Source: an uncultured Candidatus Saccharibacteria bacterium
Lineage (GTDB): Bacteria > Patescibacteriota > Dojkabacteria > B142 > JAFGMG01
Assembly: GCA_964444125.1 (NCBI GenBank)
Contig: CAYUFB010000001.1
Location: 26,053 to 90,052, forward strand
DNA: 64,000 bases
Direction of reading: 5' to 3'
Part shown: in pieces, positions 19,316-29,603 of the stretch
Position numbering within the stretch: the first letter of the stretch is position 1
Layout: each line of letters opens with the position of its first letter
Translations under genes and position numbers: made by a program
The notes under the pieces: generated by a model
The model's database searches: none
Told to the model about the DNA's origin: nothing
The model's input: the letters and a program-made list of their open reading frames with translations, nothing else

Positions 19316-20575
19316 TTACAAATCCGTCTTAAGAACTATACCTACACATGCTCTAGCTTGTTTTTCGGTCAGCCCAGTTGGATGTGCAAAAACATCATTG
19401 CATGTGCTATGACTTGCTCGATTTGCATTAAATGTGAAATCGATAGAATAACTTTGTCCTGGAGCAAGATCACCTAGTACTGTAGTGATATCTTCATTGG
19501 AAAGAATCATCATATAGTCTTGCACAGACGTATTAAGCGAATTGGTTATGTTTAAATTGTTAACAGTTGGAGATGTCCCAAATGCTGATACAAATGTCAG
19601 ATATCTGCTATCAAAACTGTCTCTAAATCTAATAGTAGTCAAGGTTGTATCTCCAGTATTTTGTAATACGATTCTAAATCTGACTTGAGCTCCAATATCA
19701 TAAGAACCAACTGCATTAGTTGCTACTTTTGTCAGAGTGTATCCTGGGTTTTCTACAACATCTTGTGTGCAGACAACTGTAGCAAGTGCTTTACATGCAT
19801 CTTCTGGATAGAAGCTTGATGTGCCTGCTACTCTTGTTGTTGCATATACACTATACGTACCAGCAGCAGCTGTTGTTACAACGCCACCATTTGATAGAAC
19901 CTGATTGAAGCCAGGGCCCACTATTTGAAGTTGAGTATCACCAGCAAATTCTCCTGTATGGTCATGAAATGCTCCAACTCTAAAACTTGTTCCACAATCA
20001 ACACTCATATTTGGTTTCCATGGATCGCTGATATCCCTTTGAACTCGAGCTTGCGTACTTGAATATGGGCAAACTGCAGGATTCTCTGGAGGTTGCTGTG
20101 GTGGTTGTTCTGGTGGAGGTTGTTGTCCACAGACTGTCCAATCAGTCCAACCAAGTGTAATTGCACCTAAATCTCCGGCATATGGCACATGGCCAGGAGT
20201 ATTTACATCAATTTGTACATATTTGCAATCTATACCTGCAAGTATGCTATCTAAGGATACGCTTTCTCCATTGGCCATATCTTTGACTTTGATAGGATTA
20301 GGAGAGATGCATATTTTGCCACCTTTTGAGTGTTGTCCCCATTCCTCACAAATATGAAGATACAGGTCGCAACCATTTGCATTGTTACATTCACAGTGGT
20401 CCTCATAACATCCAGGATATGATGCATTTCTGGTCCAGCCAGTAGCTGCATCGACATTATTATCTTTCTGTACTAGACCAATAGAGACATAAGCGGATAT
20501 TGCTAATATCAATATTGTGTATACAGTCAGTATTTTTTTGATACTGATATTTTGTAAGATTTTTCGTTTAAACAT
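19316..20575 (-). CDS. secreted Cys-rich surface protein with Pro-rich linker
   Basis: 419 aa. N-terminal signal anchor, many Cys, a PPPEQPPQQPPENP linker and a beta-rich C-terminus. Confidence 0.6.
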   Translation of the reverse strand: MFKRKILQNISIKKILTVYTILILAISAYVSIGLVQKDNNVDAATGWTRNASYPGCYEDHCECNNANGCDLYLHICEEWGQHSKGGKICISPNPIKVKDMANGESVSLDSILAGIDCKYVQIDVNTPGHVPYAGDLGAITLGWTDWTVCGQQPPPEQPPQQPPENPAVCPYSSTQARVQRDISDPWKPNMSVDCGTSFRVGAFHDHTGEFAGDTQLQIVGPGFNQVLSNGGVVTTAAAGTYSVYATTRVAGTSSFYPEDACKALATVVCTQDVVENPGYTLTKVATNAVGSYDIGAQVRFRIVLQNTGDTTLTTIRFRDSFDSRYLTFVSAFGTSPTVNNLNITNSLNTSVQDYMMILSNEDITTVLGDLAPGQSYSIDFTFNANRASHSTCNDVFAHPTGLTEKQARACVGIVLKTDL

Positions 20576-20673
20576 TTAGATATATGTAAAATATAATATC
20601 TATATGAGTTGATTATATCAGGATCGCCGTCAAAAAAGCAACCTATAGTGTGTATAGAAAATGCTATTTATGG

Positions 20674-20679
20674 TATAAT
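20674..20679 (+). promoter_or_regulatory. putative extended -10 promoter element (TGGTATAAT) for the sortase-like gene
   Basis: TGGTATAAT lies at 20671-20679 in the divergent intergenic region, about 80 nt upstream of the 20762 start. Confidence 0.3.
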
Positions 20680-20761
20680 TTGCAAGCTAATTCGCAAAAA
20701 CAGGTATGTCCTATAGTCGTTTAATTAGCGATAGTTAATTGTATTTATAATAACTAAAACG

Positions 20762-21499
20762 ATGTTAGGCGGAAATCGTGGCATAGCTCTTACAATTATT
20801 CTAGTCGTAATTATATGCATAGCTGCATTGGTGGCTGTTTTGTATTCGTTGCTTATGGCTATAAGGGATGTTGAATTTGGTCAAATGACAGCCTTGCAAC
20901 CTGATAGAAAAGTTACATTTATTGAAAGAGGTACAAATTTCAATTTTGCCATACCTGAAGAAAAGGAAGCAGTCCAAGAAAAGGAAAATGACAAACAACC
21001 TGAAGTAGCAGGTTTAGAGGCCGAAAAAATTGAAGAATCAAAAAAGATTTATAACTTCAATTTTGTAATCCCTCCAAAACCTGCAAATCCATCCATGACA
21101 TCAATAGTAATTCCAGAAATTAATTATAACTCTCCTGTTATCTTATCTGATGATGGAGATAGTGCGATAGATTATGGAGCATGGTTTTATCCTGAAAGTG
21201 CTCACCCATATGACGGAGAGTCAATTTTCCTTTGTCACAGAAGATATTTCAAAGCAAATGATCCAAAATCATGCTGGAATTTGGATAAAGTCTCAAAGGG
21301 AGCAAATCTATATATAAACTTCTCAGATGGAACACAAAAATCATATAAAGTAAGCTCAATGTCAGTCCATCCTGGAACTGATTTAAATATCTATAGAACA
21401 AGCGGTGATAATAGAATCAAACTGATTTCTTGTGCCAAAGAAGACGGCAGGATAGGATCTGCAAGCCATAGAATTGTTCTTGTCGCAGAAGAAATCTAA
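20762..21499 (+). CDS. sortase-family transpeptidase-like protein
   Basis: 245 aa. N-terminal TM. Candidate catalytic residues His (IFLCHRRYF), Cys (KLISCAKEDG) and a downstream Arg are spaced as in sortases. Confidence 0.45.
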   Translation: MLGGNRGIALTIILVVIICIAALVAVLYSLLMAIRDVEFGQMTALQPDRKVTFIERGTNFNFAIPEEKEAVQEKENDKQPEVAGLEAEKIEESKKIYNFNFVIPPKPANPSMTSIVIPEINYNSPVILSDDGDSAIDYGAWFYPESAHPYDGESIFLCHRRYFKANDPKSCWNLDKVSKGANLYINFSDGTQKSYKVSSMSVHPGTDLNIYRTSGDNRIKLISCAKEDGRIGSASHRIVLVAEEI

Positions 21500-21504
21500 T
21501 ATTG

Positions 21505-21590
21505 ATGCGAATGGCGGAATACGGATTGCGGATTGCGAATAACGAAAAGCGAATGGCGTAATGAGGAATATGTAGAACGCATAGCAAAAT
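21505..21590. repeat. low-complexity gcgaat/gcggat simple repeats
   Basis: cgaatggcggaatacggattgcggattgcgaataacgaaaagcgaatggcg. Confidence 0.5.
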
Positions 21591-21637
21591 TGTATAATAT
21601 CCGTAATTAGAATTTCGTGATCTGCAATCAAGTCTTA

Positions 21638-21687
21638 TAATACTGAAAACTGGATACTGAATACTGAAAGCTGACTACTGATACTCA
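21638..21687 (+). promoter_or_regulatory. ctgaa-rich motif upstream of gltX (copy 1 of a motif shared with thrS upstream)
   Basis: aatactgaaaactggatactgaatactgaaagctgactactgatactc. A near-identical ~45-nt motif occurs at 33249-33299. Confidence 0.4.
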
Positions 21688-21754
21688 TTAAATTGCTAAA
21701 AGATTCGTTGCATAATATAATTGACGTGTAATTTGGTTTATTATTATATTATAA

Positions 21755-23242
21755 ATGGAGGTTAGAACTCGTATTGCTCCAAGTCCAACAGGTTTTGTAC
21801 ACATAGGAACTATTCATAATGCGCTATTTGCTCACGCACTTGCAAGGCATCACGGGGGTAAATTTATCCTTCGAGTAGAAGATACTGATTTGAAAAGATT
21901 TGTAGAAGGTGCTAAAGAACAATTATATGATGTTTTAGATGAGTTCGGCCTGACTCCAGATGAAGGTCCGATCCAGGGCGGTCCTTATGCTCCATATATA
22001 CAATCGGAGAGAATGAAAACAGGAATATATCTTCAAAAAGCTGAAGAACTAATTTCAAAAGGGCATGCCTATTATTGTTTTATGACAGAAAAGGAGTTGG
22101 CCGATATGAAGGGAGATAAGGAATATCAAGCAAAAGCTTTCAGGTCTATTTATAGAGATATGCCAATAGAAGAAGCGAAAACAAGGATCTCTAATGGTGA
22201 GAAATACGTAATTAGACTTAAGGTCCCGGATAATGAAATCATTGAGGTTGATGATGCTATACTAGGCAAGGTTTCTTGGAAGAGTGAGGATATTGACGAT
22301 CAAGTTTTGATCAAATCTGATGGCTATCCTACATATCATTTGGCAGTAGTTGTAGATGATCATGAAATGGCGATAACTCATATTACAAGAGCATACGAAT
22401 GGCTCCCAAGTACCCCTAAACAGGTTTTGTTGTACAAGTACTTAGGGTTCAAATTACCAGTTTTCGCGCATAGTTCATTGATACTTGATCCTGATGGTGG
22501 CAAATTATCCAAAAGAAAAGGAACAGTATCTGCAAGACAATTTTTGGAAGATGGATATCTTGTTGATGCAATAAAGAATTTTCTTATGCTTCTTGGTTGG
22601 GCTCCACCAATAGAAAGAGTACATGGTCAGAAAGAAAGAGAAATTTTTTCTCAAGAAGATTTGATCAAACTGTATGAGTTGAGAGACAGACAAAAAAGCA
22701 ATGGAGTATTTAATAGAGAAAAATTAATATGGTTCAATCAGCAATATATCAAGACAGTCCCAAACCTTGATGAAATATTTATCAAATGGCTTCAAAAATA
22801 CAAGGAATCTGATGAATTGATTTCAAGAATACTAGATGATAAGGAAATAAATTTGAAACTGGATTTAATCAAAGATAGGGCCAAGACCTTAGTTGAGATG
22901 ATTGATATGTTGAAATTTTTTTATATCGCACCAGAACATATTGATCTTGATATAAAACAAATTAGATCATTTAAGAAAGATCTAAAAAATATATTAAGTG
23001 ATACTGTTAGTGTTATTTCAAAGCTTGATGAGGACAGCAGGAAGTGGCAAAACGATATTTGGGCAAATAGTATGAAAGAAATATCAAATAAATATGATTT
23101 GAAGACTGGTGATTCATTCATGGTCTTAAGACTTGCTGTAGTAGGCGAACCTGTATCCCCACCATTATTTGAAGCAATTGGGATAATTGGAAAAGAGGAG
23201 ATACTAAATAGACTCAATAAACTAATAAAAGATATTAAATAG
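21755..23242 (+). CDS. gltX: glutamyl-tRNA synthetase
   Basis: 495 aa with the class I HIGH region (SPTGFVHIGTIHNAL) and KMSKS-like KLSKRKG. Confidence 0.92.
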   Translation: MEVRTRIAPSPTGFVHIGTIHNALFAHALARHHGGKFILRVEDTDLKRFVEGAKEQLYDVLDEFGLTPDEGPIQGGPYAPYIQSERMKTGIYLQKAEELISKGHAYYCFMTEKELADMKGDKEYQAKAFRSIYRDMPIEEAKTRISNGEKYVIRLKVPDNEIIEVDDAILGKVSWKSEDIDDQVLIKSDGYPTYHLAVVVDDHEMAITHITRAYEWLPSTPKQVLLYKYLGFKLPVFAHSSLILDPDGGKLSKRKGTVSARQFLEDGYLVDAIKNFLMLLGWAPPIERVHGQKEREIFSQEDLIKLYELRDRQKSNGVFNREKLIWFNQQYIKTVPNLDEIFIKWLQKYKESDELISRILDDKEINLKLDLIKDRAKTLVEMIDMLKFFYIAPEHIDLDIKQIRSFKKDLKNILSDTVSVISKLDEDSRKWQNDIWANSMKEISNKYDLKTGDSFMVLRLAVVGEPVSPPLFEAIGIIGKEEILNRLNKLIKDIK

Positions 23243-24898
23243 ATGCACAAATACTGCCTTTTGCTTGCAACAATAGTTTTTTTTGGATTTGGGAGTGTAT
23301 CTTTTGCCCAAAATATAGGTCAACTTGATGTTGATAGGAAATTTGATCTTGATAGATCAGAGGTTGATTATAAGATAATTATAAAAAACAATTCATCAGA
23401 TGAGCTTATTCGAGGATTCTCAATCATTATTCCGCACAAAAACTATCAACTAATATCTTCTAGAGGAGCGAAGTTTCAAAAAGAAGTAAATACAAATGAT
23501 CTAAAAATCAGTTTCGGAGAGGATGTATTGCGACCTGGATTTTCTAGAGAGATTGGATTTCTTGTCCACATTCCAAATCTTGTTGAAGAAAAAGGAGGAT
23601 TGTATACACTTGAAATTTCGAATTTTTCGAGCAATATGCCCATAGGCCAAGTACATACTAGGATAAACTATTCAACAACTGATTTCCCTCCAATTGTTTA
23701 TTCATCCAGAAATATAGAGGAAAATCCCGGCACAATTTTATTTTTAGAAAACAAGGCAATTTGTGTTTCTTGGGGGGAAGAATACTATGCGAACTTTTTA
23801 TTAAAAATTTCAAACATTAGTGACCAGACAGCTCTGATTCCTATCTTATCAGACTTGCCGGGGCAGGAAGTAGAATATCTAAACAGTCCTTCAGATGAGC
23901 AATTGCTTTTTGACAAAGATTCCAATGCATATCTACTCTCTACGCAAGATAATCTTTCTCTGAAAGGATCGTTGCGATTAACACCAGTCACGAATAAGCA
24001 AATATCTAACGCATTGATCAAAAAGAATTATGAGTTTCCTGTTATAGAAGGTGATACTAATCATGAAAAGGTAAAAAGTGTATCAGAATATTTAGAAAAA
24101 AACTTCAATATCGAGATGTTCCAAAGTCTTGATAAAAGATTTAATACGATAAATGATCATGATCTGGCAATAAATCTATATACATATTACTGGTTAAATT
24201 CTCTTGATATCAAAGCTCAATTAGTTTTTGGAAAAAATATCCAAGATTCAAGTTCATCATATTGGATATTATGGCAAGATGGAGATACCACTAAGGCATT
24301 AGATCCAATATTATATTTTTCGGATCAATTGGATGTTGTAGATTGGGTCCCACCCGATAGAGTCATATTATTTTCGCTAGTAGAAGATGGCAATGAATTA
24401 CTTGATGAATTTATTGAGTTGTCCAGTAAGGATTTTTATTGGTACTTTGGATTTGAGAACACTGTGATAGATGATAATAATGAAACTGCAAATATTCATG
24501 TGATATTTCCCGAACAATACAGATTTGAACTCGATACTATCGCAAATATCAATATCCAAAATGTAACTAACAAATTGCTTGAGATCAAGAATATATCAAG
24601 TCGCGGGCAGAATTTGATTCCAGAGGCTAAATTCCATCAAGGATTGCTTCCTTATCAATACAAGGTTCTCAAAGTAACTCAACCACGTGGATTGCTTGGG
24701 ATATTTAACAAGAAATCAAAAATGGAAATAGATGTGATTTATAGACTTGGAAATCTCGAAGAAACAAATACATTTAGTAACGATATTGTTTTTGCAAATC
24801 CTGAAATTTCAAGAAGATTTGTGTTATTAGATATTTTTATATCTGTTATAGTGTTTGTAGTAATAATAATTAGTAAGAAAATTCTATCTATTTGGTAG
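23243..24898 (+). CDS. secreted protein with C-terminal TM anchor, hypothetical
   Basis: 551 aa with a signal peptide and a C-terminal hydrophobic helix plus KK tail. It starts at the nucleotide after the gltX stop. Confidence 0.6.
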   Translation: MHKYCLLLATIVFFGFGSVSFAQNIGQLDVDRKFDLDRSEVDYKIIIKNNSSDELIRGFSIIIPHKNYQLISSRGAKFQKEVNTNDLKISFGEDVLRPGFSREIGFLVHIPNLVEEKGGLYTLEISNFSSNMPIGQVHTRINYSTTDFPPIVYSSRNIEENPGTILFLENKAICVSWGEEYYANFLLKISNISDQTALIPILSDLPGQEVEYLNSPSDEQLLFDKDSNAYLLSTQDNLSLKGSLRLTPVTNKQISNALIKKNYEFPVIEGDTNHEKVKSVSEYLEKNFNIEMFQSLDKRFNTINDHDLAINLYTYYWLNSLDIKAQLVFGKNIQDSSSSYWILWQDGDTTKALDPILYFSDQLDVVDWVPPDRVILFSLVEDGNELLDEFIELSSKDFYWYFGFENTVIDDNNETANIHVIFPEQYRFELDTIANINIQNVTNKLLEIKNISSRGQNLIPEAKFHQGLLPYQYKVLKVTQPRGLLGIFNKKSKMEIDVIYRLGNLEETNTFSNDIVFANPEISRRFVLLDIFISVIVFVVIIISKKILSIW

Positions 24899-24954
24899 TC
24901 ATCTCGACTAAGATCAAGATATAAGGTAGAATTATATTAGGTTATAACCTGCCC

Positions 24955-27024
24955 ATGAAAAAAGAAGAAATTGCCAAAATATTTGACTTGTCATTGGTAT
25001 CAAGTGATGCGTATGATTATATAGGGCTTGCCGGACAAGATTATCTCAAACTTCAAGAAGCGAATATTCCATTACCACAAGGTTTCATACTTACTACGAA
25101 AGTTTTCGATGATTTTTTGATACTAAATGACTTGGTTGGATATATTACAGAAAGATTGAGTGAGATCCAGATAAAATCTTCATTGATTGAACGCAATTCC
25201 AAAGCTATCAGATCCAAAATCATGGAGGGTAAGATGCCTGATTATCTCGAAAATTCAGTCCCAGGTTATTTAAAAAAGTTTTCTGGGTTAAGTAAAGTAT
25301 CAGTGGACATGCAGGCTTGCTTATTCAATGAAGATCTCGAAAAATCTTTAGAAGATGAGGTAGTGTACTTAAGCGGAGTATCTGATATTGATAATATCTA
25401 TCAAAATATCAGGCTATTATGGTCAAAACTCTTTGAAGTAAGTAGTCTAAAGAAAAGAGAAATCGCTAAATACGAAGGGCCTTTGTCTATGGCAATCATG
25501 ATTTTCAAATCCCCGATTGTAGAAATTTCTGGCAAGGCTTCTTCAAATTCATTAGGTAGAGAGAAACTGGTTGAACTTGAAGCAGTTATGGGAGATATCG
25601 AGTTGCTAAAAAAGGATCAGTTTAATGGAGATAGGTATGTAGTAGATACACAAGTACCAGCAGTTGTCGAAAAAAATATTGTCGAACAGAAAAAAATGTA
25701 TGTCACAAGTTTTGGTTCAAAGGGATTGAAAAAAGAAAAACTCACAATCTCCAAGCCATGGCGCAAAAACCCAAAGATGTCTGATTCACAGGCTACATTT
25801 ATGGGTCTGATCACATGCAGTATCAAAGAATTATTTCAAACTGATATCGAAATAGAATTTGGAATTGAAATGGGTAAGCCAGTTGTTACTTATATCAAAA
25901 AGGTTGGTAATTCGGTCTCAGCTTCTAGACAAGAAAAAGAGGCATCAAAGGGGACATCTCATTTTGAAATATTAAAAAACAAAATAGGTAATCTAGAAAA
26001 TCTAAATAATGATCCAGCAGAAGAGAAAGAAGTCATAAAAAATAAAACTGTTGATTTTGACAAACCAATTGTCCAAGCACAAGTAGTTCCAGAAATTCCT
26101 ACTTCTTTGCCCAAAAAATCGATCAAGCCAATGAGCGAATATGTAGATGAGGTTAAACAAGAAATCAAACCATTAAGAAAAAAGATCGATGCAAACAAAA
26201 TTAAAGTTGAGGAAGAGATCAATACAGGCATAGATGTATTTGTTTCAGATTATGAAGCTGAGGCGAATATTAAGTATTCCAAAAATATCGCAGGGTATGT
26301 AAGTCTATCTGGTGATGATTTTATTGCTATAAATAATAGAGCATTGTCAGATTTGGCAAAAAATCCAAAGGATTTTGTAACAAATCTGGTTGATTATCTG
26401 ATCGCAAATTTAGAAAATACAGCTGAACCTGCTATATATGAATTTATTTCAAATGCTTATCTTCAAGATGGTCCTGGAATGGGTGCGTATAAGATCATAA
26501 AAGATAGCACGATTTTTCAATACGAATTGGAGGCTATTAGAAAAGTCAGAAATTCCATGCAGAAAAAAAATCTTTGGGTAAGCGTTCCATATATCAGAAG
26601 CACAGCAGAATTTTTGGAAGTGAAGAAAATTATTTCGATAAACAGACTAAGAAGATCTCCAACTTTTAGAGTTTATGCAAGTATAGACAATGCTTCAAGT
26701 GCATTGATTATTGAAGACTTGATAGAAGCTATGGCAGATGGATTTGTCTTTAATCTTGATAATATGTACAAAAATATATTAGGAGGCTTTGATGAAGGAA
26801 ATTTGCCTCTTGATGGGATGAAGAAATTACTAACTAGCAGTTTGAAGATTGTCAATCAGTACAAATCTAAATCAATAGCAAAAGCTTTAGATACAAAGAG
26901 ATACTTTAATATCCAGGAATTAATCGAGTTTGGATTTACTGCTATTAGTGCACCATTAAGTCAAGTAATTGAATACAAAAAGGAAATTCAAAAGTTAGAA
27001 ACCAACAAATTAAAGCGTAAGTAA
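24955..27024 (+). CDS. PEP-utilising-enzyme N-terminal (PPDK_N/ATP-grasp)-like domain protein, probably catalytically degenerate
   Basis: 689 aa. The N-terminus resembles the PEP synthase/PPDK nucleotide-binding domain (LAGQDYLKLQEANIPLPQGFILTTKVFDDF; VSVDMQACLFNEDLEKSLED). No swivel-His motif (GGxTSHAAI) is visible. Confidence 0.45.
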   Translation: MKKEEIAKIFDLSLVSSDAYDYIGLAGQDYLKLQEANIPLPQGFILTTKVFDDFLILNDLVGYITERLSEIQIKSSLIERNSKAIRSKIMEGKMPDYLENSVPGYLKKFSGLSKVSVDMQACLFNEDLEKSLEDEVVYLSGVSDIDNIYQNIRLLWSKLFEVSSLKKREIAKYEGPLSMAIMIFKSPIVEISGKASSNSLGREKLVELEAVMGDIELLKKDQFNGDRYVVDTQVPAVVEKNIVEQKKMYVTSFGSKGLKKEKLTISKPWRKNPKMSDSQATFMGLITCSIKELFQTDIEIEFGIEMGKPVVTYIKKVGNSVSASRQEKEASKGTSHFEILKNKIGNLENLNNDPAEEKEVIKNKTVDFDKPIVQAQVVPEIPTSLPKKSIKPMSEYVDEVKQEIKPLRKKIDANKIKVEEEINTGIDVFVSDYEAEANIKYSKNIAGYVSLSGDDFIAINNRALSDLAKNPKDFVTNLVDYLIANLENTAEPAIYEFISNAYLQDGPGMGAYKIIKDSTIFQYELEAIRKVRNSMQKKNLWVSVPYIRSTAEFLEVKKIISINRLRRSPTFRVYASIDNASSALIIEDLIEAMADGFVFNLDNMYKNILGGFDEGNLPLDGMKKLLTSSLKIVNQYKSKSIAKALDTKRYFNIQELIEFGFTAISAPLSQVIEYKKEIQKLETNKLKRK

Positions 27025-28452
27025 CTCTTTCATTGATGGTGTATTATCCTGTCTTCCTGCAATTAGCTTTTTAAGAAGTATATAATTTTTGACAATTGTA
27101 TCTTTGTCTTTTGCTTCAAGATTGAGCCTGATAAGTGGTTGTGTGTTGGATCCTCTTAAGTTAAATCTCCAGGTTGGAAGTTCAATGCTTATGCCGTCAA
27201 TTTTGGTAATAATTGCTTCAGGGTAATTTGTTTTGAAGTATTCTTCTATTTGCAAGTAAGTCGCATTTGGATCATCTACTTCGAAATTCACTTCCCCAGA
27301 ATTAGGATAGGTTGAATAATAATAATCAAGCGTCTCATCGAAATCTAAGCCATTTGATAGCATCTTGAGAATCAAAGCAATTGTGATCATTCCACTATCT
27401 GCATTGAAAAAGTCCCGGTAATAAAAATGGCAACTTGCCTCTGCTCCAAATATCGCATTGCTTTCCTTCATGTGATGCTTGAAAAAAGAATGCCCTGCCT
27501 TGATCATGACAGTTTTGCCCCCTGCCTTTTGTACTTCATTAGTTACAGGCCAGGTGATTCTTGGATCTTGAATTATGTTTGCCCCTGGATTGTCTTTTAA
27601 AAAATGCGTAGCGTATATCGCACCTGTGTAGATTCCCGAAGGATTTCTGCCTTTATTGTCTACAAAAAATACCCGGTCCGCGTCTCCATCTATGGCAATT
27701 CCTATATCTGCTTGACTTGATACAGTTTCTTTTTTTATTTGTGCAATATTTTCTTCCTCCATTGGATTTGGGACATGATTAGGGAATGCATCGTCAGGCT
27801 CGAAAAACATCTTTTTGACCTCCAGATTTAGATCACCAAATACATAGTCAAATATTTTGCCACCAATGCCATTGCCAGCATCTACAACTATTTTTAAAGG
27901 TTTTATCTCTGTATCACCAAGAAATGAAAGCACCTTTGCCTTAAATTCTGGATAAATATCTATTTTTGTTACTTTTCCTTGCCTGTTTTGATCAAGCTCA
28001 AAAGAATTATCTAACATCAATTTCTTGATCTCAGGGAGCCCATAATCTCCACTTAATGGTGAAGCACCAGATCCTACCATTTTGCAACCATTCCAGCCTG
28101 AAGGATTATGCGATGCAGTAATTGTAACTCCACCATCGATTGATTTATCAGATCCGACAGCGTAGTAGAGCATTTCGGTAGCGATTTCTCCAATATCAAT
28201 GACGTCTGCTCCCTGAGATGTAGCACCTTTGATAAATGCTTGCTTGTATTTTTCACCACTTTTTCTGATATCTCTCCCGATTACAATTTTTTTGGCATTT
28301 AAGAATGTCACAAATGCCATACCTAGGGTTTCGTAAAATACTTCGTCTAGTTCTTCCGGGTCTCTACCTCTGATATCATACGCATGAAATACTGAGTCTA
28401 GATTCGACTTGCTTAAAGTTGAGGGTGTTGTGTAAGAATTACTCATGAGCAA
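27010..28452 (-). CDS. phosphoglucomutase/phosphomannomutase (alpha-D-phosphohexomutase)
   Basis: 480 aa with the active-site TASHNPSGWNG motif. Confidence 0.85.
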   Translation of the reverse strand: MLMSNSYTTPSTLSKSNLDSVFHAYDIRGRDPEELDEVFYETLGMAFVTFLNAKKIVIGRDIRKSGEKYKQAFIKGATSQGADVIDIGEIATEMLYYAVGSDKSIDGGVTITASHNPSGWNGCKMVGSGASPLSGDYGLPEIKKLMLDNSFELDQNRQGKVTKIDIYPEFKAKVLSFLGDTEIKPLKIVVDAGNGIGGKIFDYVFGDLNLEVKKMFFEPDDAFPNHVPNPMEEENIAQIKKETVSSQADIGIAIDGDADRVFFVDNKGRNPSGIYTGAIYATHFLKDNPGANIIQDPRITWPVTNEVQKAGGKTVMIKAGHSFFKHHMKESNAIFGAEASCHFYYRDFFNADSGMITIALILKMLSNGLDFDETLDYYYSTYPNSGEVNFEVDDPNATYLQIEEYFKTNYPEAIITKIDGISIELPTWRFNLRGSNTQPLIRLNLEAKDKDTIVKNYILLKKLIAGRQDNTPSMKELLTL

Positions 28453-28494
28453 AAAAAGAATAAAAATTTGAAGGTTAATTATTGTGATCCAAGG

Positions 28495-29559
28495 TTACAA
28501 TTTTTCATACTTTATTTCAAGAACTCTTTTGACATATTCATCTTGAGGATTTATTGTATTCATTCTTGATATCACTTGGGTACTATCTTCAATGACAAGA
28601 TTTATCCCCCAGTCAATCCCACCATTAATATTTCCAGTCATTTTCAGATCGTCAGTAATTACAATACCTTCAAATCCAAGATCTTGTTCAAGTATCTCGA
28701 CATATTTATATGATTTGGAGGCAGGTATATTTGGATCAATTTGAGGATTAATAATGTGACCAAGCATGATGAAATCTGCACCTGCTCTGATATCTGCCGC
28801 AAAAGGTACAAATTCGTTTTGAACTAGTTCCTCTTTTGAGAGATTGATTTCTGGGAAATTATTATGCGAATCGGTACTTGTTCTGCCATGTCCGGGGAAA
28901 TGCTTTGGGGAAGTTAGTATTCCAATTTTTTGATAGACCCCAATTTCTTCAGCAGTAATTTCTGCTACATCGAATTTATCTGCACTGTAGGATCTTTTGT
29001 ACATAAACGAACTCTTGTCTGCAATATCTGCAACTGGACCTAATATGCAGTTGATACCAAGTGACTTGAGTAATTCTGCTCTGTAAGTAAATACCTCAGT
29101 TGGAGTTATGCCGTTCGTTCTATTTTCTACAAAATCTCTGGCATTGAAATTTTTGTATTTATCCCAGGGGATTCTCACGACTGTTCCACCTTCTTGGTCA
29201 ATTGAGATGATAATTCTTGAGTCGACTTTTTGTTTTAGATCACTTGTAAGTTTCTTAAGTTGCTCTTCGTTCACGAAATTATTTGGCATCAAAATAACTC
29301 CTCCAATATGATTTTCTTTCAAGTAAGAAATTGTCTCATCAGTTAATACCTGATCAGGGATTGATACCATAAATAAAGCACCTCTTTTTTGCCCGACATT
29401 CATTGAATTTAATTTACGATCAATATAACTATCTTTTGATATTTGATTAGTTGTATAAATTGGAGTGATAATTTCTGTTGAAGTTTTATCAAAGTACAGG
29501 AGTATGGATACCAAAGTTAGAACCAGAAATATTAGTAATAGTGCAATTAACTTTTTCAT
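28495..29559 (-). CDS. glycoside hydrolase family 3 beta-N-acetylhexosaminidase (NagZ-like), membrane-anchored
   Basis: IISIDQEGGTVVR and KHFPGHGRTSTDSHN motifs are present. The ORF track extends to 29586. The MKKLIALLL start at 29559 is more typical. Confidence 0.8.
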   Translation of the reverse strand: MKKLIALLLIFLVLTLVSILLYFDKTSTEIITPIYTTNQISKDSYIDRKLNSMNVGQKRGALFMVSIPDQVLTDETISYLKENHIGGVILMPNNFVNEEQLKKLTSDLKQKVDSRIIISIDQEGGTVVRIPWDKYKNFNARDFVENRTNGITPTEVFTYRAELLKSLGINCILGPVADIADKSSFMYKRSYSADKFDVAEITAEEIGVYQKIGILTSPKHFPGHGRTSTDSHNNFPEINLSKEELVQNEFVPFAADIRAGADFIMLGHIINPQIDPNIPASKSYKYVEILEQDLGFEGIVITDDLKMTGNINGGIDWGINLVIEDSTQVISRMNTINPQDEYVKRVLEIKYEKL

Positions 29560-29603
29560 ATGTGAAATCCTGATTGGATATATCATAGCAGGTTTGAAAT
29601 TAC

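Noticed and set aside
21500-21754. T-box riboswitch or other known leader upstream of gltX and thrS
   Set aside because: The spacers are under 260 nt and lack the T-box sequence, specifier hairpin and antiterminator. Only the short ctgaa-rich motif is shared.
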